64,000 bases of DNA from an uncultured delta proteobacterium (lineage in GTDB: Bacteria; Desulfobacterota; Syntrophia; Syntrophales; UBA2185). The stretch covers positions 196,974-260,973 of the forward strand of contig OY970063.1 in the NCBI GenBank assembly GCA_963705275.1, read 5' to 3'. The translations under genes and the position numbers were made by a program. The notes under the pieces were generated by a model, which had not been told where the DNA came from, made no database searches, and saw only the letters and a list, made by a program, of their open reading frames with translations. Below are positions 20,216 through 30,323 of the stretch, piece by piece. The first letter of the stretch is position 1, and every line of letters begins with the position of its first letter.

Positions 20216-21088
20216 GTGAAATACGAAGGAGACATAATTAGGCCACCCAGTGAGGCCAGCAGCTTGTTGTTGCAAGTAACGGTGGGATGTTCCCACAACA
20301 AGTGCAGCTTTTGTCCTGCATACAAGGAAAAGAAATTCAGGATAAAATCGTACGATGAAATTCTGGAAGACATTCTTGAAGCCGGGCGTTGGCGCTCTAT
20401 TGACAGGGTGTTTCTTTGCGATGGCGATGCTCTTATTATACCGCAGGAAAGGCTCATCCGGATATTGGGTTTGATTCGCACACATATAAAGGGTGTGAAA
20501 AGGGTGGGTACATATGCCAATGCCAAGAGCATTTCGAGAAAGACGATTGACGAATTAGTGGCGTTAAGAGAGCTCGGTCTTGGAATAGTCTATCTTGGCG
20601 TCGAATCGGGCAACGATGAATTGCTAAAGAAGATAAAGAAAGGCGTTACAGCCGCCCAGATGATCCAGGCCGGCCGCCGAATTAAAGAGGCTGGTATCGC
20701 GCTATCTGTTACTGTTATCCTCGGTCTGGGAGGCATCGAGCAGGGTGTAGAGCATGCAACCGACACAGCAGGAGTTCTTACAACTATTGACCCCGATTAT
20801 GCAAGTGCCCTAACCCTTATGCTCATGCCCGGAACGCCATTGCATTCGGAATACTTATCAGGGCGGTTCGCGCTGCCTGATAGGTTTGATCTGCTTAGAG
20901 AACTGGCGATTATTATCGAAAAGTCAGATTTCAGTAGCTGTTATTTTACGTCTAATCATGCATCAAATTATCTTCCCATAAGGGCACGGCTGCCCCAAGA
21001 AAGAGAAATGTCCGTAGCGACGATATACGACACAATCAAGAAAAATGATGTAAAATCTCTCAGGGCAGAATTTATGAGAGGCTTCTGA
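20216..21088 (+). CDS. Radical SAM family protein with an atypical CX4CX2C cluster motif; specific function unknown
   Basis: VTVGCSHNKCSFCPAY (Cys codons at 20288, 20303, 20312), then the radical-SAM core (FLCDGDAL..., YLGVESGNDELLKKIKKG, SVTVILGLGG). The preferred start is GTG 20216 (AGAGGAG 4 nt upstream). The ORF-track TTG at 20186 is the alternative. Confidence 0.8.
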   Translation: MKYEGDIIRPPSEASSLLLQVTVGCSHNKCSFCPAYKEKKFRIKSYDEILEDILEAGRWRSIDRVFLCDGDALIIPQERLIRILGLIRTHIKGVKRVGTYANAKSISRKTIDELVALRELGLGIVYLGVESGNDELLKKIKKGVTAAQMIQAGRRIKEAGIALSVTVILGLGGIEQGVEHATDTAGVLTTIDPDYASALTLMLMPGTPLHSEYLSGRFALPDRFDLLRELAIIIEKSDFSSCYFTSNHASNYLPIRARLPQEREMSVATIYDTIKKNDVKSLRAEFMRGF

Positions 21089-21107
21089 CAGAAAGGAACT
21101 GGCTATT

Positions 21108-21971
21108 TTGAGCAGCAAGATTCTCGCGAAAATCAAGACTTTTTTTTCAGCCGACGATCAGGCACGACTCGAGGAGGAGATTCAGTCTATAATAGACGCC
21201 GGAGAGGAGAAAGGACTCATCGACCAGCAGTCTGGTGAGATGATTCAAAGCATCCTTGAATTCCGGGACACGGTAGTCAGAGAAGTGATGATTCCGAGAA
21301 CGGAAATGATAGCTATCAGAAGCGATGCGACAATTGAAGAGATTCTTGAGCTTACTATTAAGTATGGACATACGAGGATGCCTGTATATGCTGATAATGT
21401 GGATAACATCGTAGGTATCTTAAATGTTAAAGACCTTCTAAAGTTCTGGTCGAAGCCCATGATAAAGACTGATATCCTGTCCACCCTGAGAAAGCCGTAT
21501 TACATTCCTGAAACAAAAAATACCCATCATTTGCTCCATGAATTGAAAGAGAAGAAGTATCATATGGCAATTGTAATAGATGAATATGGTGGGACGTCCG
21601 GCCTCGTTACTCTTGAAGACCTCATTGAGGAAATTGTTGGCGAGATCCATGACGAACATGATGCAAAAAAAGACAGCATTGTAGAGTTGAGTGATGGTTA
21701 TACGCTAATAGACGGAAGGGTAGAGATTGAGGTTATTGAAGATTACTTGGGTGTAAAATTTCAGGAAGGAAAATTCGAGACCCTCGGAGGATTCATTCTT
21801 AATCTGCTGAAAAGAATTCCCGTGACGGGAGAGGTTATTCATGTCGATGATCTGGAAATGATAATTGAATCGGCAGAAGAACGAAGTGTAAAGAAGGTCA
21901 AGTTAAAGAAGTTAGATGGATCGGGAGGGTCAGCGATAACAATTGAGAACGTCGAGCTTAAGGGTAAATAG
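21108..21971 (+). CDS. corC: CBS-pair plus CorC/HlyC domain protein (CorC/YbeX-like, magnesium/cobalt efflux associated)
   Basis: 287 aa with a TTG start. VREVMIPRTEM..., a tandem CBS pair, a C-terminal transporter-associated domain, and lnt immediately downstream as in the ybeX-lnt arrangement. Confidence 0.88.
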   Translation: MSSKILAKIKTFFSADDQARLEEEIQSIIDAGEEKGLIDQQSGEMIQSILEFRDTVVREVMIPRTEMIAIRSDATIEEILELTIKYGHTRMPVYADNVDNIVGILNVKDLLKFWSKPMIKTDILSTLRKPYYIPETKNTHHLLHELKEKKYHMAIVIDEYGGTSGLVTLEDLIEEIVGEIHDEHDAKKDSIVELSDGYTLIDGRVEIEVIEDYLGVKFQEGKFETLGGFILNLLKRIPVTGEVIHVDDLEMIIESAEERSVKKVKLKKLDGSGGSAITIENVELKGK

Positions 21972-23508
21972 AAAAACATTATTTTTGAGTATTGCTTCAG
22001 GAATTCTCCTCTTTATTTCCTTTCCTAAACACGGTGTGGGGATGATGGCCTGGGTGGCCTTTATTCCCCTTTTTTTTGCCCTTAAGGATGTCCGCGCACG
22101 GGATAGTTTGATTGTGGGCTTCGTAGCGGGCCTTACATTCAATATAGGTATCATGTATTGGATTACATTTGTCGTCGTACATTATGGGCATTTTGCATAT
22201 TTCATCGGCGTTTTTCTCATGGTACTTGTGGCAGCGTATTTGAGCGTGTACGTTGCTCTTTTTGCAGGAGGTGTTGTATATCTCTCAGGCAGGGGAATCC
22301 CCCCGATTATTGCGGCACCGGTCTTGTGGACATGTCTTGAATATGGGAAATCTCATCTGTTGACAGGATTCCCCTGGGAGAACCTCGCTTATTCTCAATA
22401 TCTTAATAGGCATCTGATTCAGGCTGTTGATGTTACCGGCACGTACGGAATTACATTCGTTATTATCCTGATAAATGTAATAATTTACGATGTGATAAAT
22501 GAGAGATTCAGAGGGAAGCGGGTAATAGGAGAAGTCGCTTTGGGCTGTATTATCATGATTAGCATCTACTATTACGGCTACATTCGCATAAGCGAGGTAG
22601 GGAAGGCCTCGCAGGTGGCGGAAACGATGAACGTCGCCGTCATTCAAGGGAATATAGATCAAAGTGTCAAATGGAATCCTGATTTCCAGACAGATACGAT
22701 CAATGCGTATAAAAATCTATCTCTCCCGACACGACCATTACCGCCGAGCTTGATCGTGTGGCCGGAAACAGCAACGCCGTTCTTCTTCCAGGATGTGAAC
22801 AAGATGCAAAGCGAGATTGTGGATGTTGCCCGTAGATCGGGAGATTGGCTTCTCTTCGGCAGTCCCAGTTATCAGAGAAATTGCGATGGTGATGCGGCTT
22901 GTGTATCCTTTTTAAACAGCGCTTTTCTATTATCGCCGCAGGGAGGCATCCATGGGCGCTACGATAAGGTACATCTTGTCCCGTATGGTGAATACGTGCC
23001 ATTAAGAAAGTGGTTTCCTTTTGTCAATAAATTTGTCGTTGGTGTGGGGGATTTTCGTTCAGGAGATGGCTATTATCCGCTGACCATGAACGGCCGTAAA
23101 CTTGGAATTCTGATCTGCTACGAAGGAATATTTCCCGAGGCGAGCAGGACATATAAGAAAATGGGCGCTGATCTGCTTGTGAATATAACAAATGACGCAT
23201 GGTTTGGAAGTACATCGGCGCCATATCAACATCTTTCCATGACCATATTCAGGGCTGTGGAAAATCGCCTATATGTAGTGAGAAGCGCAAATACAGGAAT
23301 CAGTGCCATAATCGATCCTACGGGGAGGATCGTCGCGCATACGGAGTTATTTGAAAGAACGGCCTTGAGAAATACGATAAAATTTATTAATAACGAGACA
23401 GTCTACGCCACATATGGGGATATTTTTGCTCTGCTCTGCATGATAGCCCTAGTCTGTTGCGTTTTAATCAGCTTAAGGAGGAAAAATGTTAACACTCACA
23501 GGAATTAA
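21943..23508 (+). CDS. lnt: Apolipoprotein N-acyltransferase
   Basis: Multi-pass membrane N-terminus plus a CN-hydrolase domain with ILICYEGIFPE (catalytic Cys) and ...NITNDAWFG. The start is uncertain: TTG 21943 overlaps corC, and TTG 21985 is the alternative. Confidence 0.92.
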   Translation: MRTSSLRVNRKTLFLSIASGILLFISFPKHGVGMMAWVAFIPLFFALKDVRARDSLIVGFVAGLTFNIGIMYWITFVVVHYGHFAYFIGVFLMVLVAAYLSVYVALFAGGVVYLSGRGIPPIIAAPVLWTCLEYGKSHLLTGFPWENLAYSQYLNRHLIQAVDVTGTYGITFVIILINVIIYDVINERFRGKRVIGEVALGCIIMISIYYYGYIRISEVGKASQVAETMNVAVIQGNIDQSVKWNPDFQTDTINAYKNLSLPTRPLPPSLIVWPETATPFFFQDVNKMQSEIVDVARRSGDWLLFGSPSYQRNCDGDAACVSFLNSAFLLSPQGGIHGRYDKVHLVPYGEYVPLRKWFPFVNKFVVGVGDFRSGDGYYPLTMNGRKLGILICYEGIFPEASRTYKKMGADLLVNITNDAWFGSTSAPYQHLSMTIFRAVENRLYVVRSANTGISAIIDPTGRIVAHTELFERTALRNTIKFINNETVYATYGDIFALLCMIALVCCVLISLRRKNVNTHRN

Positions 23509-24581
23509 TGAAAGCATAATGGATTTGAGAAAGAGAATAGATCATCTCGGAGAGTGTCTTTGACATCACAGAAAAAGAAAAATACATCAAGGAACTGGAA
23601 AAAGCATCTCTGAGCGAAAACTTCTGGAACGATCAGGATAAAGCGCGTGGTACTCTGAAGGACAAAAATAAGTTTGAGATCATCGTCGACAAATGGAAAG
23701 AGTTAAAGAACGACATTGACGACATAGAAATCCTTTTGGATCTGGCACGGGAAGAAAGCGATGAGCAAACTATAGAAGAGATTGAAAAGGATTTAGAAAG
23801 ACTCAAATCATCCGTACGAGACGCTGAACTGAAACTTATGTTGGGGTCTCCGCAAGATGCGATGAATTGTATCATGACAATACATGCGGGTGCAGGAGGA
23901 ACCGAAGCTCAGGACTGGGCGGAGATGCTTCTGCGCATGTATCTGCGATGGGCGGAACGCAAAGGTTTTTCCACCACCATTATCGATTATCAGCCCGGTG
24001 ATGAAGCCGGTCTGAAGAGCGTTTCCATGACTGTTGAAGGAGACCATGTATATGGTTATGCCAAGGCGGAAATTGGCATACACAGGCTTGTACGAATATC
24101 CCCTTTCGACTCGGGAGCGCGCAGGCATACATCGTTTGCCTCCGTTTTCGTCTATCCTGAAGTTGATGATGAAATAGTCGTGGAAATTGATGAAAATGAA
24201 CTTCGCATAGACACATATAGGGCCACTGGTGCAGGAGGGCAGCATGTCAACAAGACAGACTCGGCTGTCAGAATCACTCATCTGCCGACAGGGATAGTAG
24301 TGCAATGCCAGAATGAACGCTCTCAGCATAAGAACAAAGCTATGGCAATGAAATTCTTGAAGTCGCGTCTTTACGAAATGCAGCTTCAGGAACAAAAGAA
24401 GAAGATAGATGAGCTAAATAAAGCAAAAAAAGACATAGCCTGGGGCAGCCAGATAAGGTCCTACATTCTTCACCCTTACAAATTAGTCAAGGATCATCGG
24501 ACAAATCACGAGGTTGGTAATGTAAATAGGGTATTGGACGGTGACATTGATGACTTCATCGAAGCGTATCTGTTGAATTAG
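23486..24581 (+). CDS. prfB: Peptide chain release factor 2, requiring the programmed +1 ribosomal frameshift at codon 26
   Basis: ATG 23486 (AGGAGG upstream) gives MLTLTGINESIMDLRKRIDHLGECL, then an in-frame TGA at 23561. The +1 frame continues DITEKEKYIKELE... into ORF 23736-24581, which carries the SPF (RISPFDS) and GGQ (GAGGQHVNKTDSAVR) motifs. Confidence 0.95.
23549..23564 (+). promoter_or_regulatory. prfB autoregulatory +1 frameshift site
   Basis: An SD-like GGAGAG, a 3-nt spacer (tgt), then CTT TGA C, matching the classical AGGGGG-N3-CUU-UGA-C arrangement. Confidence 0.9.
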
Positions 24582-24678
24582 AAGTTTGATGGATCGGCGG
24601 AATATGTTATAGGAGCTCAAGTAATACGGTTCCATATAAAGTTGATTATCGCACATGGAAAGAAAGGAGTTCATTCTG

Positions 24679-26538
24679 ATGTCAAGAGAAAGCCGTTTTC
24701 TCCTGTCATTTATTGTCATATATTTTCTTGTCGGCCAGATATTTCCAGTTAGTAACGCTTATGGACAGATGAAGAGTGAAGATGAACCCTCCATTAGCGT
24801 CAGCAGTCCGGAAAAATCAAAAGACAAAAACACAAAAGAATCATCGCTGTCGCAAAAACATGAGCCTGCTTCGAATGGCGCAGTCAATGAACAGGAAAGA
24901 GAGAAGGGCAGGGATATAATGGAAGAGGCCCTTGAACTGTTTGACGAGTCTCGAGAATACTGGGTCAAGGGTGATCTGGAAAATGCCTTGGATTTGCTCG
25001 ATCAGGCTTATGCACTGCTTCTTGATGCGAATGGAGAGCCTGATGTCGCTCGCCAAAAAGATGACATTCGTCTCCTCATATCAAAGCAGATCCTTGCCAT
25101 CTACTCATCGATGCACACTGCGACAAGCGGTAAGCATAGTGAAATACCTCATGTCGTCAATTCAGATGTGGAGAAGGAAATCAGACTTTTTCAAACGGTA
25201 GAAAGAGATTTCTTTATCCAGTCACACGAGCGTTCCGCACTTTATCGTCCCATAATTTTGAGGGAGTTGAAAAAAGCAGGGTTGCCCGAGGAGCTCTCAT
25301 GGCTTCCCCTTGTTGAAAGCGGATTTAAAATTCGGGCGCTTTCACATGCGCGAGCTCTCGGCCTCTGGCAGTTCATTCCGTCTACGGGTTATAAGTACGG
25401 CCTAAACCGGGACGAATGGATCGATGAAAGATTGGATATTGAAAAATCAACCAGGGCTGCCATCGACTATCTGAAGGAACTGCACGGCATGTTCGGCGAC
25501 TGGCTCACAGTTTTGGCTGCATATAATTGCGGAGAAGGAAGGGTCCTCAAAGTCATATCGAGGCAGCATATCAATTATTTCGACAGATTCTGGGACCTGT
25601 ATCGCCAACTTCCCTATGAGACGGCCCGTTACGTACCGCGCTTCCTGGCGACTCTGCAGATAATAAACAATCCTAAAAAGTATGACATTGATCTTAATGA
25701 GCGCATTGAAAGGCAAAATATCTACAGCTATGAAACAGTGAAAACGGACAGATCCATGCGTCTTGAGGATATTGCACGGTACATGGGAACCTCGGAGGAG
25801 GCAATTACTACGCTTAATTCGGAGCTAAGGCAGAATGTTACGCCCGATAAAGAATATGATCTCAAAGTCCCCCCGGGGATGGCTGAGAAATTTGCCAATA
25901 TCATGGATGAAATTCCCAAATGTGAGAAACCGCGCCAGGTATTTGTACACTATAGAGCGAAACGCGGCGAGACAGTAGTCTCCATCGCACGTAAATACAG
26001 AACATCCGTGAGTGCGATCATGTCCTACAATAATGTATCGACGAGAAAAAGACTGAAAACCGGCCAGCATTTGATCATACCTGTTCACGGGACCGGTCAT
26101 GCGCGGGTCAGATCAACTCAACAACCAGATAAGGACGACGTGCAGGTGAATGGGGACACGATCAAATACAGGGCAAAAAAGGGCGATACCCTCGCATCCG
26201 TGGCAAAACGCTTTGATACAAGTGTTGATGAAATTTGCAGGCTGAACAATTTCAAAAAACGTAAGACCCTCAAAGGCGGCCAGGTTTTCTTGGTAGGCAA
26301 CAAGAGTGGAGAAAAACAACACGGCGTCTCGTCAGACAAAGAGGCCCATGTGAAACTCGCCAAGAGAAACAAAGAGGCGGCAGTTAATGACGGCACGAAA
26401 ACATACACGGTGCGAAATGGAGATAGTCTAGGTAAAATTGCAAAGAAGAATGGGGTTAGTCTGGGCAAAATCCTTGAAATGAACAAGCTGGGGCGTGAAG
26501 ATAATATACATCCGGGACAGGTCATAATCCTGAAATGA
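24679..26538 (+). CDS. Membrane-bound lytic murein transglycosylase D-like protein (SLT domain plus three LysM domains)
   Basis: SLT catalytic region LPLVESGFKIRALSHARALGLWQFIPSTG and three LysM repeats (YRAKRGETVVSIARKY, YRAKKGDTLASVAKRF, YTVRNGDSLGKIAKKN). The start is ATG 24679 (AAGGAG upstream) or ATG 24655. Confidence 0.9.
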   Translation: MSRESRFLLSFIVIYFLVGQIFPVSNAYGQMKSEDEPSISVSSPEKSKDKNTKESSLSQKHEPASNGAVNEQEREKGRDIMEEALELFDESREYWVKGDLENALDLLDQAYALLLDANGEPDVARQKDDIRLLISKQILAIYSSMHTATSGKHSEIPHVVNSDVEKEIRLFQTVERDFFIQSHERSALYRPIILRELKKAGLPEELSWLPLVESGFKIRALSHARALGLWQFIPSTGYKYGLNRDEWIDERLDIEKSTRAAIDYLKELHGMFGDWLTVLAAYNCGEGRVLKVISRQHINYFDRFWDLYRQLPYETARYVPRFLATLQIINNPKKYDIDLNERIERQNIYSYETVKTDRSMRLEDIARYMGTSEEAITTLNSELRQNVTPDKEYDLKVPPGMAEKFANIMDEIPKCEKPRQVFVHYRAKRGETVVSIARKYRTSVSAIMSYNNVSTRKRLKTGQHLIIPVHGTGHARVRSTQQPDKDDVQVNGDTIKYRAKKGDTLASVAKRFDTSVDEICRLNNFKKRKTLKGGQVFLVGNKSGEKQHGVSSDKEAHVKLAKRNKEAAVNDGTKTYTVRNGDSLGKIAKKNGVSLGKILEMNKLGREDNIHPGQVIILK

Positions 26539-26546
26539 TGTCCCTG

Positions 26547-26999
26547 TCATTGAATCTCGTAACCTTTCAGCGTATAGAAAAGCTTCTGTTCCTTTTCTTT
26601 CATCTGCTGAGTTTCCCTATGGCTCACATTTTCATGATCGTAATTGAGAAGATGAAGTACGCCGTGAATCATGAGGAATGCCAGCTCATCATTAAATTCG
26701 ATGCCAGCTTCGGCGGCATCCTTGTATGCCATGTCCGCAGAAATTACAATGTCACCTAGGATGTCAGGATTGATGTTGCCGAATTCCCCCGCGGCAAGCG
26801 AGAACGCCAAGACATTTGTAGGATAGTCCCTATTTAAATAACGTCGGTTAATTTCCGTTATTTCCTTGTTGTCAACAATCAACAGGCTGAGCACTTTACT
26901 GCTGCAATTGAGATATTTCATGATTCTAGTCATTGCCCGTCGCAGTCTGCGCCGGTCAACGCTTATTTTTTTCTGCCTGTTTTCTATTATAATTGGCAT
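26547..26999 (-). CDS. ybeY: rRNA maturation endoribonuclease YbeY
   Basis: Metal-binding motif HGVLHLLNYDHE. ATG 26999 (MPIIIENRQKKISVD...) is preferred. It overlaps the 3' end of the upstream 7TM-HD gene by about 44 nt. Confidence 0.92.
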   Translation of the reverse strand: MPIIIENRQKKISVDRRRLRRAMTRIMKYLNCSSKVLSLLIVDNKEITEINRRYLNRDYPTNVLAFSLAAGEFGNINPDILGDIVISADMAYKDAAEAGIEFNDELAFLMIHGVLHLLNYDHENVSHRETQQMKEKEQKLFYTLKGYEIQ

Positions 27000-29316
27000 G
27001 GTTATCTTTCTTCCCGCCGTTAAATTCACGTATGACGGGATCAGGATAGTCAATTCTTTGATGGAAGATGCCGTTTAGAATCCTCGTGAAGTGTTCCGCA
27101 ATTTTGTTAAGATCACGAAGGGTTATTTCGCATTCATCAAGCTGACCATCCATAAATACTTTCTCAATCCTTTCCCTCACGAGATTCTTGATTCTTGCCG
27201 GTGTTGGGGCAGATAACGCCCTTGATGATGCTTCCACAACGTCTGCGAGAAGCACTAACCCTGCTTCCTTGCTTTGGGGCTTGGGTCCGGCATAGCGAAA
27301 ATAGTTTTCAGGCAGAGATCTGATGGATGCGTCTTTGTCATGCTTCGCCTTTTCGTAAAAGTACGAGACAAGGCTTGTGCCGTGATGCTCTCTGATGATG
27401 TTCGTTATTTGTTTCCCGAGTTTGGCCTTGGCGGCAATCTCACATCCATCTTTAACATGGGAAGTAATAATAAGACCGCTCATCTTCGGCGACAGCCTGT
27501 CGTGTCTATTTTCTCCGTTACGCTGGTTTTCAATAAAATATTGAGGCTTCCTAGTCTTGCCAACATCGTGGTAGTAAGCGCTGACCCTAGCCAGAAGGGG
27601 ATTTGCCCCTATTGCATCGGCTGCAGCTTCCACGAGTGAAGCTACGATAATACTATGGTGATATGTTCCCGGTGCTTCCATAATCATTTTCTGGAAGATG
27701 GGCTGATTCAGGTTGGCAAGCTCCAAAAGTTTTATATCCGTTGAATAGTCAAAAAATGCTTCAAACAGGGGTGTGATTCCAGCTACGATTATTCCGGAAA
27801 TAACGCCGCCCATGAATCCCATAGCGAGCATTATAATGGTATTGGCTGAGACGATAGTGCATAAGGGAGACACGAGACATAGCGAAAAAACGGCAGCGGC
27901 ATTTAAGAGCCCCAGTAACAGGCCAACCGTTAGGAATGACGACCGTTTTTTGGAGTATTCGGTATGATAAGCTGCCGCCACGCTTCCCAGGAAGGAATAA
28001 AACATTACAGTAATTCTTCCATCGAAGAGAAATGCTGCAAGGCACGATGAAAAAATGGAAAATATCAGTGCCGCATTCCTATTAATGAGCACTCCGACCA
28101 ACATTGCTCCTGCAGCAAACGGGATGGCATAAGAACAAGCCTCCGTGGAGAAAAGCGGCAATGCCCTATTGATGGCTTCGGCTATGAAGATACCCGTCCT
28201 TATCAAGACGATTTGACAGACCGCGATGAGACTCAAAAAGACAATATCAGAAATATTTTCCTCGGAGGCAAGCCATTTTTTTATCAGATGAAATAGCACA
28301 ATCGCGAGGGATAAAATCAAGAAGAATATGCCGATAAGGACGGAGAAATTGAAGAAATGCTTTTCACCCTTGACGGATAAAAAGGTTTCAAGCTTGTCCT
28401 GATCGAGAGCGGTTATCTTCTGACCTTCGCGAATTAGAATTTCATCCTTCAGAATCTGAAAGAAAACAGGCTTGGTCTCATCCTGAATAATTTGCTTTCT
28501 TCTTTCCGAAGCGTTCCTGTTAAGAGTTAGATTCGGCTGGACCAACTTCCTGGTCAAGGAAATGACGGAGCTTCCTAGGTCATCTTTGCCATGTCCAAAT
28601 ATATCGCTTGCCTTCTTAAGTGATATTATTTCTATAGTACTAATGTTTCGGATAGCTTTGAGATTTTTTTCATTACTTTCTTTTTGAGTTTTGATATCCC
28701 TAATGATTATTCCGTTCTCCATATCCTGTTTCGTAAACACGTGGTTCGTAATCAAACCAGAACCGTATGCTCTTGTCAGGATTCTGGCGATCGTGTCCGG
28801 TATATAAGGAGCAAATCGGTATTTCTGAAAGGCATTAAATTCATCGTCGGTGAGGCTCACTCCTAACGAATTGTCGAGGGCATTTCTTGTTTGCACGGAA
28901 ATGACCCGGGCATCTGCCGAAACGTTATAGCTTAAGGCATGCTTTTGTTCTGCCGCCAAAAATGCTTTAGCTACGCTTACTTTCAGCTGACGGGAGGTGT
29001 CGCTGTCATAATCGTAGACAGATGGGACCGCTCTCTGTGCTTCCAATTTCTTCTGATAGGAAGATGTCTTATCTTCGACAAGAAAATCACGGTCGGCGCG
29101 TTCATCTCTGAGAGCTATGGAACCCACTTTATAGTCCGGATAGGAAAAATGAAGTTGTGGCGTCAACAGAAGGGAGAGAACGGCGCTTAAACATATGGCG
29201 CACGTCCATCTTTGGAATACCAGCTTCTTTGCAAAGTCCGGTATTAGCTTTTTGGGGTCAGGCCCTTTTTTGATGATTTGTGTAATCGTGCTTAGTTTTA
29301 GGTATTTAGGTATCAT
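26956..29316 (-). CDS. 7TM-receptor/HD (HDIG) domain membrane phosphohydrolase, PgpH/YqfF-like
   Basis: 786 aa with an extracellular N-domain, about 7 transmembrane helices, and a C-terminal HD domain (HHSIIVASL...AYYHDVGK...REHHG). The phoH / 7TM-HD / ybeY order matches the conserved yqfE-yqfF-yqfG type operon. Confidence 0.9.
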   Translation of the reverse strand: MIPKYLKLSTITQIIKKGPDPKKLIPDFAKKLVFQRWTCAICLSAVLSLLLTPQLHFSYPDYKVGSIALRDERADRDFLVEDKTSSYQKKLEAQRAVPSVYDYDSDTSRQLKVSVAKAFLAAEQKHALSYNVSADARVISVQTRNALDNSLGVSLTDDEFNAFQKYRFAPYIPDTIARILTRAYGSGLITNHVFTKQDMENGIIIRDIKTQKESNEKNLKAIRNISTIEIISLKKASDIFGHGKDDLGSSVISLTRKLVQPNLTLNRNASERRKQIIQDETKPVFFQILKDEILIREGQKITALDQDKLETFLSVKGEKHFFNFSVLIGIFFLILSLAIVLFHLIKKWLASEENISDIVFLSLIAVCQIVLIRTGIFIAEAINRALPLFSTEACSYAIPFAAGAMLVGVLINRNAALIFSIFSSCLAAFLFDGRITVMFYSFLGSVAAAYHTEYSKKRSSFLTVGLLLGLLNAAAVFSLCLVSPLCTIVSANTIIMLAMGFMGGVISGIIVAGITPLFEAFFDYSTDIKLLELANLNQPIFQKMIMEAPGTYHHSIIVASLVEAAADAIGANPLLARVSAYYHDVGKTRKPQYFIENQRNGENRHDRLSPKMSGLIITSHVKDGCEIAAKAKLGKQITNIIREHHGTSLVSYFYEKAKHDKDASIRSLPENYFRYAGPKPQSKEAGLVLLADVVEASSRALSAPTPARIKNLVRERIEKVFMDGQLDECEITLRDLNKIAEHFTRILNGIFHQRIDYPDPVIREFNGGKKDNHANYNRKQAEKNKR

Positions 29317-30323
29317 GAAGATGATTGTTTCTTACTTTTCCTCTTCCCTCTGTCCAAATGGTTATATGCCCGTATTACATCCTGCACGAGGGGATGTCTG
29401 ACAACATCGATCTCTGAAAAACGGACAAACTTGATGTCTCTTACCTTCTTAAGTATCCTTTCCGCTTCTATGAGACCGGATATCCTGTCATGTGGAAGAT
29501 CTATCTGGGTTATATCACCTGTGATAACGGCTTTCGATCCGAATCCGAGCCTCGTCAAGAACATCTTCATCTGCTCTGACGTAGTATTTTGTGCCTCGTC
29601 CAGAATGACAAAAGAGTCGTTCAAAGTCCTCCCCCGCATGAAGGCCAATGGCGCAACTTCGATGACTCCCTTATGAATAAGGGCAGTCGCCTTATCAAAA
29701 TCGATCATGTCAAAGAGGGCATCATATAACGGCCTGAGGTATGGGTTAACTTTCTCGGCGAGATCGCCCGGAAGAAAACCGAGCCTTTCGCCTGCTTCCA
29801 CGGCGGGTCTTGCAAGCACAATCCGATTAACCTTCCTGTCAAGAAGTGAAGAGACTGCCATGGCCATAGCAAGATATGTTTTGCCTGTTCCGGCAGGACC
29901 AATGGCAAAGACGATGTCGTAGTTTCTGATCAGGTCAATGTATAGCTTCTGGGCTATACTCTTGGGAGTGATTGCGCGTTTCTTTGAGGAAATGAAGACC
30001 GTGTCAAGGAATATCTTCTCGATATTTGTGGAGCTACTGCTCGAGAGAATCCTGTGTGCATAGTCGATGTCCGCAGGATATATGGGATATCCTTTCTCCA
30101 ATAAGGCATAGAGTTGAAGGATAAGATTGTGGACAAGATCCACGGCAATCTGTTCACCGGTTATGGATAACAAATTGCCGCGCACACTTATCTTTACAGG
30201 CTCAAATTTTTCAAGGAGTTTTATATTCCTGTCGTGTTCACCCAGGAGACTTCTTAAGAGGTTATTGTCTGTAAAGCCGATCTTCTTAACCGAACCAAAA
30301 TCGGGCGTTTGCTTTAACTGAAT
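29313..30323 (-). CDS. phoH: PhoH-like ATPase (PhoH/YbeZ); the N-terminal boundary is unresolved
   Basis: Walker A GPAGTGKTYLAMA and Walker B FVILDEAQN. The first canonical start is GTG 30185, but 46 further in-frame codons with PhoH-like sequence extend to an ATT at 30323, preceded by GAGGT. See findings. Confidence 0.9.
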   Translation of the reverse strand: MQLKQTPDFGSVKKIGFTDNNLLRSLLGEHDRNIKLLEKFEPVKISVRGNLLSITGEQIAVDLVHNLILQLYALLEKGYPIYPADIDYAHRILSSSSSTNIEKIFLDTVFISSKKRAITPKSIAQKLYIDLIRNYDIVFAIGPAGTGKTYLAMAMAVSSLLDRKVNRIVLARPAVEAGERLGFLPGDLAEKVNPYLRPLYDALFDMIDFDKATALIHKGVIEVAPLAFMRGRTLNDSFVILDEAQNTTSEQMKMFLTRLGFGSKAVITGDITQIDLPHDRISGLIEAERILKKVRDIKFVRFSEIDVVRHPLVQDVIRAYNHLDRGKRKSKKQSSS

